Source: Fonticula alba ATCC 38817 (Eukaryota; Protista; Nucleariida). Taken from it: a DNA stretch of 64,000 nt. A program made the translations under genes and the position numbers. The DNA lies in assembly GCA_000388065.2 (NCBI GenBank), contig KB932201.1, one strand, 5' to 3'. The notes below the pieces were generated by a model. That model was not told where the DNA came from, ran no database searches, and saw nothing but the letters and a program-made list of their open reading frames with translations. Position 1 is the first letter of the stretch, and each line of letters opens with the position of its first letter. Positions 46,301 to 57,169 of this stretch are shown piece by piece.

Positions 46301-49300
46301 TCATTCGGCGCTCGGCGCGATGGCACCGCCGATGGCCGGGGGTTGATCACCTCGAAGAGGGATCGAAAGTAGGAGGAGGTCGACTGCTGGAGGGAAACCG
46401 GCTTCCCGGCGGTCAAGACCGCCTCCAAGGGGACCACCCCGCGGTCCATCTGCTCGATGAAGGCGAAGGACTCCGACAGGGACTCCGACAGCTGCTGGTG
46501 CAGAGCCGGCTCCTCGGCCAGGTGACCGACCGAGGGCATGGACCCGAGATTGAAGTTCTGCACCAGAACACGGCGCTCCGACGGCGAGAGGGTATCTACA
46601 TGGGGCCGACAGCCGGCGGGGAGGGAAACGGAGAAGCACAGAGGGAAGGGCGAGAGGACACGGCCAAATTGACGGTCAGCGAGGGAAGGAAGGGAGGAGC
46701 ATCGGCGCCCGAGGGAGGAGAGCCCGGGGGCCCGGGGGCGCACCCAGTGACGCGCGAGTGAGCTCCGCGCGCTGGATGCGCTGCGACGTGAAGGAAAGGA
46801 CCCGGCTTCGGGAGAGGCGATCTGCCGCCACCAGGAGGTTGGACAGCTCGTGCAGCCGCGCCGAATAGAGCAACCCCATAATTTCCGGGTCCAGCTTTCG
46901 CAGGCCCGCCGGATCATGGAACCCCAACAACATGTCGGCATCCAGGTGCCAGGTGTCCAGCAATGGCCGGATGGACTCCATCAGCTGGTTCAGCTGGGCC
47001 GGGTGGAAAGGGGCCACATCTTGGAGCTGGGCCGCCAGCTGGGCTCGCCGGGATCGGGTGACGTCTGTCGGGAAGGGCGGCACGTCGGCATCCGGATCGG
47101 CGCCACTCCCGGAGCTGGGCCCGGCCCGTGATGAGGCCCCCTTGCCCGGGGAGGACTTGGAAGCCGCGGGAGCACCGGCATCCAGTGTCGATGGCAGCAA
47201 GCCAAAAGACCGAAGCAAGTCCGGCGGCAGGGTCATGATGTCGCGCATGGGAGATGGCAGGGCCGGCGTCAGGGGAATGAAGCGCAGCTCCGGGGGCTCG
47301 TTGGAAGTGCCCCCATTTCCGAAGGACCAGTCCTTCGCCAGCGAGGAGACGATGAGCGGCGAGTGCACAAGGTGTGACAGGTGGTCGGCCAAGCCGCGGC
47401 TCAGATTCGACGAGTCCAAGAGGAAGGGATTTGTCCGATTGGGGAAAGACCGTGCCTCGCACACCATGTCCAGTGTGGAGAGGATCTTTGGCCCGTCGAT
47501 CAAGTTGACTGCGGGCCGATGAGGCACAGCGTGCCGGCACGAACAGACGGACAGCCATTGCGAGGGGGAGGAGGTGTCAGAGAGCGGGCCAGACAGGGGA
47601 ATATGGAGGGGGGGGGGGGGGGTGGAGGGGGGCGGGGGAATCGCATGGGTTTTTGCCTGTTCTCCACCCTGCCCCAAGAACAGGGCGCAGAAATGAACGA
47701 ACCTTTCTTGGGGTGATCATGAACCGTGACAATGTCGTGGTAGGAAAAGCGGACATCCTTCTGACGGGAGGAGGCCCCTTGCCGAGCGGGCTCCAGGTCG
47801 GACTGGATCTTGTTCCCGGTCAGGGTGATGTCGCGAATGGTGGTGTCCGAGAGGCCGGCCGTCATGAAGTGCGAGTCCATGGAGAAGGTGATGCGGTTGT
47901 CTGCGGTGTGCAACAAGTGTCAGCCATTCCAACAGGAGGGAGATCACGGGAAGGGGGAAGCAGGGGGGGGGGGGGCACAAGTAAAGAGAGGCGCATCGAG
48001 CAAGCAAAACGCACGGGACACATCCAGGTACTTCAGGTTGCCGGGGCTCTTGCCCAGCTGGAAGAGCGAGGAGAGCCCCATCGAGGTGATCAAGTTATCT
48101 GGTGGTAGAGGGGGAGGAGGAGGCAGGTGGTCAGTCGAGCGCCCCACCAGGAGGGTGTGCTGCGTCCGGCGTAAGGGCGACATACTTGGCAGGCGGAGGT
48201 GCCGCAACTGCGGGCCAACCGAACGCGAAATGACCGACACGCTGCCATCGGTCAGCTGGCAGTCTGACGAGAGTGGTCAGGAAAAAAGTCAAAAGGTCAC
48301 ATTGGCAGCGGCAAAGGGGGAGGCGAGGGGCGGGGGGGGGAGCAGGCCGAGAGGAGGCACTCATCGTGGAGGGGCTGGCGTACTGGCGATGTTCAGTTCG
48401 ATGAGCTGCCGGGAGAGGCGGCCAGACAGGAGTTCCCGAATGACATCCGTGGAGATTGGCCCGCGAGAGCCTTTTGGGCGCGGCGGCGGCCAAGCCCAGG
48501 AGGTAGCAGAGGAAAGGCGGCGTGTGAGCGTGGGCCACCAAACGGAGAGACACCATGTGGCGAGACGGGAAGCGGGGTCGGCAAAGAGGGAAGGGAGAGA
48601 GGGGGGGGGGAGGGGGCAAAGGAGGGGGAACGAACCAACAATGTGCAACCTCTCAAGAGAGTGGTTTTTCAGAGCACGGGCCAGCTCCATGCCCCCGGTT
48701 TCGGTGATGTCACACTCTTCGAATGGGATGAACAAAGAAGGGTAAGACTCCTGGCATGAGCAGGCATGCCATTCTATGGCAGGGAACAAAAGACAGAGAG
48801 GGAGAGGGAGAGAGAGAGACCGGTAGGCAACGCACGGATCAGGTAGAGCTCTTTGAGGCCTTGCGACTGCTGAAGAACTCGGGCCAGGTGAACCAGCTCG
48901 ACTGGCGTGTCTGCGGGGGAGAAGTCAGGCAAACGTTTGGGGGTTGAACAATGGCACGAGCACAGCGAAGGGGAGGCAACCGGCGCACTGGACAGGAAGA
49001 GAGACTTCAAGGAGTGGGTGAACAGGGACAAGGCCGAAGAGATGCTATTGTTCGGATCGTATGTGCCGGGGGTTTTGTCTGAATTTGCGCATGGCAGCAA
49101 AAAGGCCGGGCGGGAGGGGGAAGCAGGAAAGACGCGATGAGACACAAGCACATGAAGGCGGGGGCGGGCCACGGGGAGTGGGAAGAAAGCACGCACGCGA
49201 AGCATGGTTGATGATGATGGTCTCGCAATTCCGGTACTTGGAGAGCTCGAGTGCGATCTTGGTGGACTCTGAGGCGGACAGACAGATGGCCAAAGCAAGT

Positions 49301-49963
49301 TAGCGAGGGCCACGCACGAGGAGAGGGGCTTCGCTGCGGCCTGCTCTTCGGGAGAGCGGGGCGGGGGAAAGGGAGGAGGGCGAGGGGCCGGAGAGTGGGC
49401 CTGGACATACCTTCCTCCGGGCCGTTGGCCGAAATGTGAAGAGCTGCTTGCGTTTGGTTGAAGAAGGACTCGGCGATCTGGGTGTCCAGGAAGGCCGGCG
49501 GGGTTTGAGCATATTCCAGCAGACTGAAGGGAGTTGATGCCTGGGAGCGCGACGAGCTGGCCTCTTTGGCTGGTGCGAAGAAGGACCCCAGTCGCCGGCG
49601 ATACTCCTCGGGAGAAAGCCCCCTGGAGGAGAGTTTGCTCAGAGACGCCGGTGACCTGGCGCCATTTTCGCCAGTCAGACCGGCATTCAGGATCGAGGAG
49701 CATGGCTGGAGATTGGTGCTTCCTTCGGGCAATTGCCGCGAGGGCAGGACCGCCGAGGTGACCAGGTGCCGATGAAGCCTCCCAGAGCGAGGGCCGGCGT
49801 ACATGGTCCTCAAGGCTCCACGGGCCTCGAGATGTCCGACACACGCCGCCGACCCGGGCACCCCCTGCGACAGGGGACCAGCTCGGCGGGTGGCCGAGAA
49901 CATTAGCGCCAGCATGGAGACATTGGGCAGAGGACCGCGGAGCGCTGATTGTCTTTCAAGGGG
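43339..49963 (-). CDS. Ribonuclease-inhibitor-like LRR protein (at least 1,779 aa) with SAM-like C-terminal segments; 5' exons unresolved (may extend to about 50827)
   Basis: Exons 49963-49411, 49268-49197, 49078-48989, 48910-48836, 48716-48636, 48470-48384, 48263-48186, 48098-48015, 47900-47703, 47508-46744 and 46595-43339, joined by phase-1 GT-AG introns. Spliced LRRs: LKSLFLSN, LKELYLIQCDITETGGMELARAL, LERLHIVG, LIELNIANCQLTDGSV, LRHLRLPNNLITSMG, LKYLDVSHNRI and IRDITLTGNKI. Confidence 0.8.
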
Positions 49964-51371
49964 CTTACAAGAGGATGAGGTGGCTGGGGCAGGAGAACGG
50001 GCGAGTGAGCGAGCGACCGACCGACAGGGGGAGGGAAGGGCGGAGCCACCAGGCAGTCGCGCAGCGGGGGGGGGAGGGGGGGGAGGAAGTGAGGGGAGGG
50101 GTATATCGGCGCCCGGGATCCACCCCCGGGCTGGGGACCTGGTGCGTCTTATCCTCCTGCACGCGGCGGCGGTGGTGAGAGGGTAGGCCGGATGACGGAG
50201 TCTCCTTCGCCGCGTCAACGGAAACAAGGCTGTTTCCGGCAGAGGGTGCGAGGACCCCCCCCCCCCCCCCTGGCTGCGCGCAAAATGCGCAGGGCGCGCA
50301 CGCATGTCCCGCCGCGCTCGCTGCTACTCTAGAGAGTGGGGGGTTAGGCTCGCCTCGGTTTGACTCGCATGCACACGGGCACCGTGGGTGTTCGTTGGGG
50401 CCTCAGGCGCGCCGAGGTAGGCACAATGAACGCCCTTCGGGAGGGACTCGGGCGTGCGCCCCCAGGAAGATCTCGAGCATCAGAACCAGCGGCATGGCGG
50501 CCACGTTGAAGCGCGACCCATGGAATCGTTGGTATCTGGGAGAAGCCGGAACGTCGGCACTTGGACATGACTGGCTGCGATCCTGCCCTGTGCCCCGATC
50601 GGTGCCGGGGGGTGGGGGGGGGGGGGGGAANNNNNNNNNNGGGGGGGGGAAACTCGGTGAACGGGGCAGAAGGAAGACGTGGAAATTAACCAAAACGCCG
50701 GACTTTCTATTGTGTCCAGCACCTGGGCGAGGAAGAACCGCAGCGGGCCGCCTGTCTCGTTTTTTTCGGACTTAGTCCACAAGTACGACCGGTCTGGCAG
50801 AAAGGGCCCCCCAAATCCGGCGGGCATCGCAAGTCAGCGGGATCCAGGCCATGGTGGAGGGTGGGGACGGGGGAAGCAGGCGACAGGGAGGCTTGCTGAG
50901 GGGTGGGGTGAGACCGAGACCCAGGGAGAGCGCGCGCGGGCGAAAGAAGAAGAGAAAGACAGCGCGAGTTGGGGTCAACGGAAAGAGGGCGAAGATGGAA
51001 AGACCAAAAGCCACCACGTCTGGCTGGCTGGCGGCGGCTTTCCGGGCAGCCTCCTCTCCCATGCCCGCTCTGTCTTCTTTCCTGACCCCTCAAAAAGAGA
51101 CATTGCGCCACCTTCCCCTCTTCCACACGCACACGCATTCAGCCCACCTTGGGGGGCTTTCAATTGCCTTGTGTCTCTTGCAGCCATCACACCTCGCCAC
51201 CACTTCCCTTGCTCCCCGGGCCTGCCAAAGCACTGTCGGCAGGACGACCGTGCGCCGTCGCAAGGGAGCCCACAAGAGGCGGCCTCTCTGCCAGGCGCAC
51301 CCACACATACGCAAACACACACACACACACACACTTAGATATTCCCTAGACAGACACCTGCCCTTGTGGAT

Positions 51372-54300
51372 ATGCCTCGCTCGCACTGGCAGAACAGCCG
51401 GCTGTGGCTGCTGCGCTGGCGGTACGATGCACGCCTGCGCATCGCCTGGACCCTCCTCTTTCTGGCGGTGCTCGGGATATCCAGCGTCATGGTCGCAGAT
51501 TGGGTCACCCCGCCGGTGATCAGCCGGCGCTCAGAGAGACTGCTTCATGCCGATGAGCCGGCCCCGGCAGGCAGGACACGATCCGCCGGCGGGTCGCCCC
51601 TGCGCTCGTACGAGGCCTTGCCGGACCTTGCGGCGCAGCTGGCCGCCACCCCGGTGACCGAGGCTCCCCCTTCACGGGTGGAGAGCAGCCCGGCCACGGA
51701 CCCGGGCGAAACTCGGCCCGTGGCTACTGTCTCGACGGCCTCGATCCAGGCAGGGCCGGATGCCATGATGGAGATGGGCTCGGCCGCATCGCGGGCCGCC
51801 CCGCCGGATGCCGGCTCGGCAGCCCACAACATGAATAGCGTCACCGTGGCATGGGCCCCCTGCCCGGGGCCGGGCTTCTGGGGGGATGATGCCTCCGGAT
51901 CGACGACCTCGCCACGGCTGCTGCGCCTGTCCCTGCTGCCGATCGAGGGGCGCATTGGCCAGGCACATGTGAGCGACCCGCTGGACACCGGGCATGTGCA
52001 CCAATTGTGCGCCCTCTCGGAGGCGCTCCTGGGCTTGCTCCGGCGCCGGCTCGGCACCCTGGCGGGCAGCACACCCGAGGCCATGGGACGCTTGCTGCCG
52101 TCGCCGGTCACTGGCGGACGCTTTTTCCCGGTGCTGCTTGGCGGCACTCCCCGTGATGGGGTCCTTTGGCATGGTCTGATACAGGCGTCCGGCGAGAGCG
52201 ACGGCGACGCGGCGCCCGGTCGCGCCATCGGCCGCGGGCTTTTTTCCCCCCGATTGCATTCGGCCTCGGAGCAAGGCCAGTATTTGGAGCAGCTGGCCAT
52301 GGCGCTGGGGAATCTGGCCAGGGCGGGCGACTCGGCGGCCGCCGGCGGCGATTCGGGCATCTGGTCCTCGGTGGCCCACCTGGCGGTGCAGCTCCGGCAC
52401 CTCATCAGCCCGGCGGGTGTGACTCCCATGGTGGCTCAAATGGCCCCGGTGGGCCGCGCGCCGACTGGCCGTCGCGCTTTGCCTTGGTGTGGCTTCACGC
52501 AGGTATGGATGCCACACCTCTTCTCGAAACGCCTTTGGTCCTCTGCCTTGTTCCATCGATGTTCCACTGGCTCCGCTTGTCAGTTTTACGAGATGGAGAA
52601 AGAGAGCGAGAGAGAGAGAGAGAGTTAAAGAGAGGGAGAGCTAAAGAGAGAGAGAGACACACACACCGAGAGAGAGAAAGACACACACAGAGAGAGAGAA
52701 AGGAGCAGGGAAGGTCAGCAAACTGATCTGATTGGGTCTGGCCTGGGCTGGCGTGGCCGGCAGCACTGATGCTCGGCCGGAACTGACATTGCGCCCGCAC
52801 ACCACCATGACACCCGGGCAATGGCCATGCTTGCAGATCACCATCCTGCGACCGAGTAACTTGGAGCCGGCCGGCACGCCGGTCAGCGAGTCTCGGTGGC
52901 TCAGCAGTCACCAGCACCTGGACCGAGTGACATTCGTCAGTAATATTCGCTCGCCGGAGGACAGTGCCGACATCTTGCGGCTTTTGGCCATGTGGCCGGG
53001 GCCGGTGGCAGTGGGGGTCCCCTTCACAGTCCAAGACATCCAGCGCCGAATGGACCTGGTTCGTCGGAAGCGCGTCATTTACCGTATGCAGGCGGAGGAC
53101 GCCCTGGTCGAGGCCGGCGGTCTCCCCTCGGATGACGCGCCCGAGTGGATCCTCGAGCTGTGGGTCGAGGCGCAGGAGCGCGCCGCCGGAGGCCCCCGGG
53201 CCCCGGTGGACAATGCTCCCCACCGCGATGCGGTCTTGTACCAGCGCTCGGTGGCCGAGCTGTCCCGGGACTTCTACCAGGCCCTACTTGAGGCGGTCCC
53301 GGCGGCCGACATGGGCCGGCTGTCGGTGGTCGGGGTGTTCCCTGTGGTGACGCCGGACGCCGATTGCAAAGGATGTCGCTTCCCCCCGCCGGCCGTGCAC
53401 GTTCGGGAAGCCGTGCGCCAGGAAGCCGCCACGGGGTTGATCCTCTCGGCCGATGTGGACGCCTGGCTGCTGGAGGACATGACCCCGCCAGACCCGGAGC
53501 CGACGGCCGGAGCCCCACCGGCCCCGGGGAACCCGGAGGCCGAAGCCACCAGCGACCAGGCATGGCGCACCGCGTCCCCGGTCCCGGTGCTTGCTGGGTT
53601 CGAGGCGCGCCGGTCATTGACCTTTGAGGAGCACCGGCGCCGGGCGCGGGCCGGCTTGCTGACCCCGGTCGGCTTCCGGCCTTGGCGCCTGGATGCCGAG
53701 CGCCACTTCGGCCTGGACGTCACGGACAACGGGCCCGAAGATGGGCAGGGCCTGGACATGGCCGTCAGCCTGGAGCTCATTCGCTGGGCAGATGGTGCGT
53801 GGGATGCCGGTTGCCCGGTCAGCGGCGGCGGGCCCCTGCTCCAACGCCATCAAGTGACAGAGGGGGGGGCGGAGGGGGCCGGGGCAGGCGAGGATGGATT
53901 TGAGTACCATCGAAAAAGGCAAGCCGCCCAGTCTATCTAACGCCCACCTCATTGCCCCTGCCAGACGGTCCGACGGCCTTCCAGGTGGACGGCTGCTCCG
54001 AGCGGGCGCTCTTCCCCTGGGTGATCGGCCCACGAGAGGTGCCACTGACGCCACGGCGAGTGGCCACCATCGAGTTGGAGCAGCTGGTTTATCGCGAGGA
54101 GTTTTCCCTGCTTTTCCCCTTCCCCAGCGGGCAGGACACATTGGACTCCACGGCCGGACCCGCGGCCGGCGACCGGTCGCCCATCAGGTCCAGCGCGGGT
54201 GGCCGGCGTTTGGCCCGGTCGGCGGACGGGTCCGCCATCTGCCACCACATCAGCCAACTGGACAGCTTGGATGGCGTCCGGCCTGGGGACTTGGACTCGG

Positions 54301-54704
54301 TCCGGCTGACCGCCATCGATCAAGCCCACTATGTGGATCGGATACGCCGCTGGGCCGGCTCCGAGGCCGGAGGGCGTCTCCTGTCCAAGGCTCGACCGCT
54401 GCTGGTGAGCCGCCGAGCCCTGCTCGGCCAGGCCCGGCTGGAGGAGGGCCTGGCCACCGGTGTGCAGCCAGGCCAGCGCCGTCGGACCGGTGACCCCTTC
54501 GAATGGGCCTGTCCCGACACGGCTGCCGATCACACGTCGATCGAGGGGGCCCAGAGCGCCACGGGCCCCGAGGCTGGTGAGCTGTCCCACTGCCCGGCGC
54601 ACTACCAAGCCAACCGTCGATTGGCCAACGCCCGGCGGCTGGCTCGCGAGCACTGGTACCGCATCGTGTCGGAAAACACCTGCCCAGGCCCGGAACTCCT
54701 GTAG
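51372..54704 (+). CDS. Type II membrane glycosyltransferase, GT49/LARGE-B4GAT1-like (exons 51372-52502, 52837-53794, 53965-54704; about 942 aa)
   Basis: N-terminal TM IAWTLLFLAVLGISSVMVA after a basic N-terminus. Catalytic-like motifs: DRVTFVSN...LLAMWPGPVAV (cf. W-x-GP-I-S), HVREAVRQEAATGLILSADVD (cf. N-x-LRN-x-A...T...DxD), VLAGFE (cf. VPAFE) and FPWVIGPREVP. Both introns are GT-AG and phase-compatible, with a CTAAC branch point before 53965. Confidence 0.55.
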
Positions 54705-54860
54705 ACTGGGCAGATGTGACCCCTGCTGCCCCCAGACCGCCGGCATTTGGANNNNNNNNNNNNNNNNNNNNNNNNNNNNNNNNNNNNNNNNNNCCAGGCC
54801 CGGAACTCCCGTAGACTGGGCAGATGTGACCCCCGCTGCCCCCAGACCGCCGGCATTTGG
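54684..54860. repeat. 67-bp duplication flanking N-gap 54752-54793 (54684-54750 and 54794-54860)
   Basis: Offset 110 bp with two T/C differences (54700/54810 and 54724/54834); looks like unmerged overlapping contig ends. Confidence 0.85.
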
Positions 54861-55285
54861 CCTGTCCCCATTCTCCCGGCCCCCCCCCCCCCCGTCTCGG
54901 TGGCTTCCCTTTCGGTTGGCGGAAAAGCCATCCCAGGAATAGAACAGGGTGCCCGTGACAGACGCTTAGCTTGAGAGGACAAATGTACAAAGAGGCCCGG
55001 CTGCGACGACCGAGCGAGGGAGAGAGAGAGGGGGGGGGGGGGGAGAGTATATTGGAGTGGATATGTGGGGAAGGAGGGAAGCACATTCCGGAGGCTCGTC
55101 CAGGCCAGGGACCATGCACGCGCGGTGCGAAGGGGGGGAGGAGGGCGCACGACGGAGAGCCATCGCCGCCGGCACCGCCGCCGCCGCTGCTGCTCTCTCG
55201 GCGCCCGGCCTCCCTCTTTCCCTGCAAGGCACACAACAGACGCACCCATGGCCGGAAGGAAAATCCCAACAAGCAAGGACCAAGA

Positions 55286-57169
55286 TTAGTTGTTCTCGAC
55301 ACTCTGACGGAGGGTCTCCTTGTAGGACAGAATGTCACCGTCCCACTTGGTGATGGTCCCCTTGTCGCAAACCCAGATCTCCTCGGCCACTTGGCTGATG
55401 AGGCGGAAGTCGTGAGAAACCAGCACCAGACCGCCGTCGAACTCGTTGATGGCATCCGCCAGCGAGTCGATGGTCTCCAGATCCAGATGGTTGGTCGGCT
55501 CATCGAGCAGCAGCATTTGAGGGTTGGTGAAGGCCAGCCAGGCGAAAATGACACGGCAGCGCTGGCCATCAGACAGGCTGCTCATCGGAGTCATCTGGGC
55601 CTTGCCAGTGAGGCCGAAGCGACCGACCGCGCGGCGCATCTGCTCCACCTCGTTGATCTCCGGGAAGCACTGCATCATGTACTGCACCGGCGAGAGGGAC
55701 AGGTCCAGGTGCTCGGCCAGATGCTGATGATAGCGGCCGAACTTCAGGTGGTTATGGCGGCGCACCTGGCCAGCCGAGGGGATCAGCCCACCGTCGATGA
55801 GCTTCAGCAGGGTGGACTTACCAGCACCGTTGGGGCCGACAAGAGCTGAAGAGGGGGCCGGGGGGGGGAGGGGGGGGGGGGGGGGAAAGTCAGGATCAGA
55901 AAACCATCCGGCACCAGCGGCAGGCATCTTTGAAGATGGCGCCAGGGGACGGGAGGGGACAAGCAGAAGAAGCAGAAAGCACCGCCGGCAGAGCGTACCA
56001 ATGCGCGAATCGAGATCCAGGCCGAAATCCAGGTCCTTGTAGAGCAGCGGCTGGCCCGGGTACCCGAAGGAGACATTCTGCACCATGAGCACCGGCGGCG
56101 GCAGCGGCGCACACTCATTGAAACGGAAGTTCAGCACACGCTCCTTGCTGACGGCCTCGGTCAGACCACCGGCAACCACCTTGTTCAGGAGCTTCTCCTT
56201 GGACTTGGCCTGACGGGCGAGCTTGGCGCTACCGTGACCGAAGCGAGCAATGTAGTCCTTCATCTTGGCGATGTTCTCCTGCTCCGAGTGGTAGCGCTTC
56301 ATCTGATGCTCCTCCAGCTCGGCACGAGTCTGGATGTACTGGTCGTAGTTGCCGGAATAGTACTTGAGCTGGCGGTTCTGGCAGTGGATGATGTTGGTGC
56401 ACACGCCGTTGAGGAAATCCTGCGAGTGGGAAATGATGATCAGGATGCGATCATACTTCTTGAGCTCCATCTCCAGCCACACGCAGGCCTCCAGATCCAG
56501 ATGGTTGGTCGGCTCATCGAGCAGAAGCATGGACGGCCGGACGAAGAGGGCACGCGCCAGGGCAATGCGCATGCGCCAGCCACCGGAGAAGTCCTTGCAC
56601 ATCTTGGCCTGCATGGCCTTGGTGAAGCCCAGACCGGAGAGCAGCTTGGCCGCGCGCATCTCCGCCGTGTCGGCCTCCAGCTCGTCCAGGCGCTCGTACA
56701 GATCCATGAGGTTCTCACTGTCGGCGCCCTCGGCCGTGATGCACTCCTCGATCATGCGCTCCAGCTTGAGGCGCTCCTCGTCGACCTCCATCACGGCGGC
56801 CAGGGCCGTCTTCTCCGAGGGCTCGATCTCGCGCTTCAGGTGGAAGACGTCGATGTGGTCCGGGATCGGGATGTCACGCTCGCTGATGGACTCCAGCAGG
56901 GTGGACTTGCCGCAGCCGTTCTCACCAATGACACCATACCGGCGACCATGGTTCAGCTCGAGGGTCGTGTCGGCGAAGAGCTCCTGGCCGTGGTACAGCA
57001 GGGAGTACTGCTCGATGTGGACATCGCGCGACCGGGGATGCGAGGTCAGGTTGCCGGTCACCGACCGAGGGCTGAACACCTTATCCTGGATGGAGAGCCC
57101 ACTGATGTCGGGCTCGGCCGCGGCGTTACCGCGGCGGGCGGCCTTACGACGGTCCTTGCTGCGGGACAT
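55286..57169 (-). CDS. ABCF2: ABC-F family ATPase ABCF2/Arb1 (exons 57169-55999, 55845-55286; about 576 aa)
   Basis: [15 protein letters not shown]-terminal signature; Walker [10 protein letters not shown] and GPNGAGKST; signatures FSGGWRMR and LSDGQRCR; two [11 protein letters not shown] motifs; no TM domain. Removing the in-frame 153-nt intron (55998-55846, GTACGC...CAG) restores DSRIALVGPNG. Confidence 0.95.
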   Translation of the reverse strand: MSRSKDRRKAARRGNAAAEPDISGLSIQDKVFSPRSVTGNLTSHPRSRDVHIEQYSLLYHGQELFADTTLELNHGRRYGVIGENGCGKSTLLESISERDIPIPDHIDVFHLKREIEPSEKTALAAVMEVDEERLKLERMIEECITAEGADSENLMDLYERLDELEADTAEMRAAKLLSGLGFTKAMQAKMCKDFSGGWRMRIALARALFVRPSMLLLDEPTNHLDLEACVWLEMELKKYDRILIIISHSQDFLNGVCTNIIHCQNRQLKYYSGNYDQYIQTRAELEEHQMKRYHSEQENIAKMKDYIARFGHGSAKLARQAKSKEKLLNKVVAGGLTEAVSKERVLNFRFNECAPLPPPVLMVQNVSFGYPGQPLLYKDLDFGLDLDSRIGTLCRRCFLLLLLVPSRPLAPSSKMPAAGAGWFSDPDFPPPPPLPPPAPSSALVGPNGAGKSTLLKLIDGGLIPSAGQVRRHNHLKFGRYHQHLAEHLDLSLSPVQYMMQCFPEINEVEQMRRAVGRFGLTGKAQMTPMSSLSDGQRCRVIFAWLAFTNPQMLLLDEPTNHLDLETIDSLADAINEFDGGLVLVSHDFRLISQVAEEIWVCDKGTITKWDGDILSYKETLRQSVENN

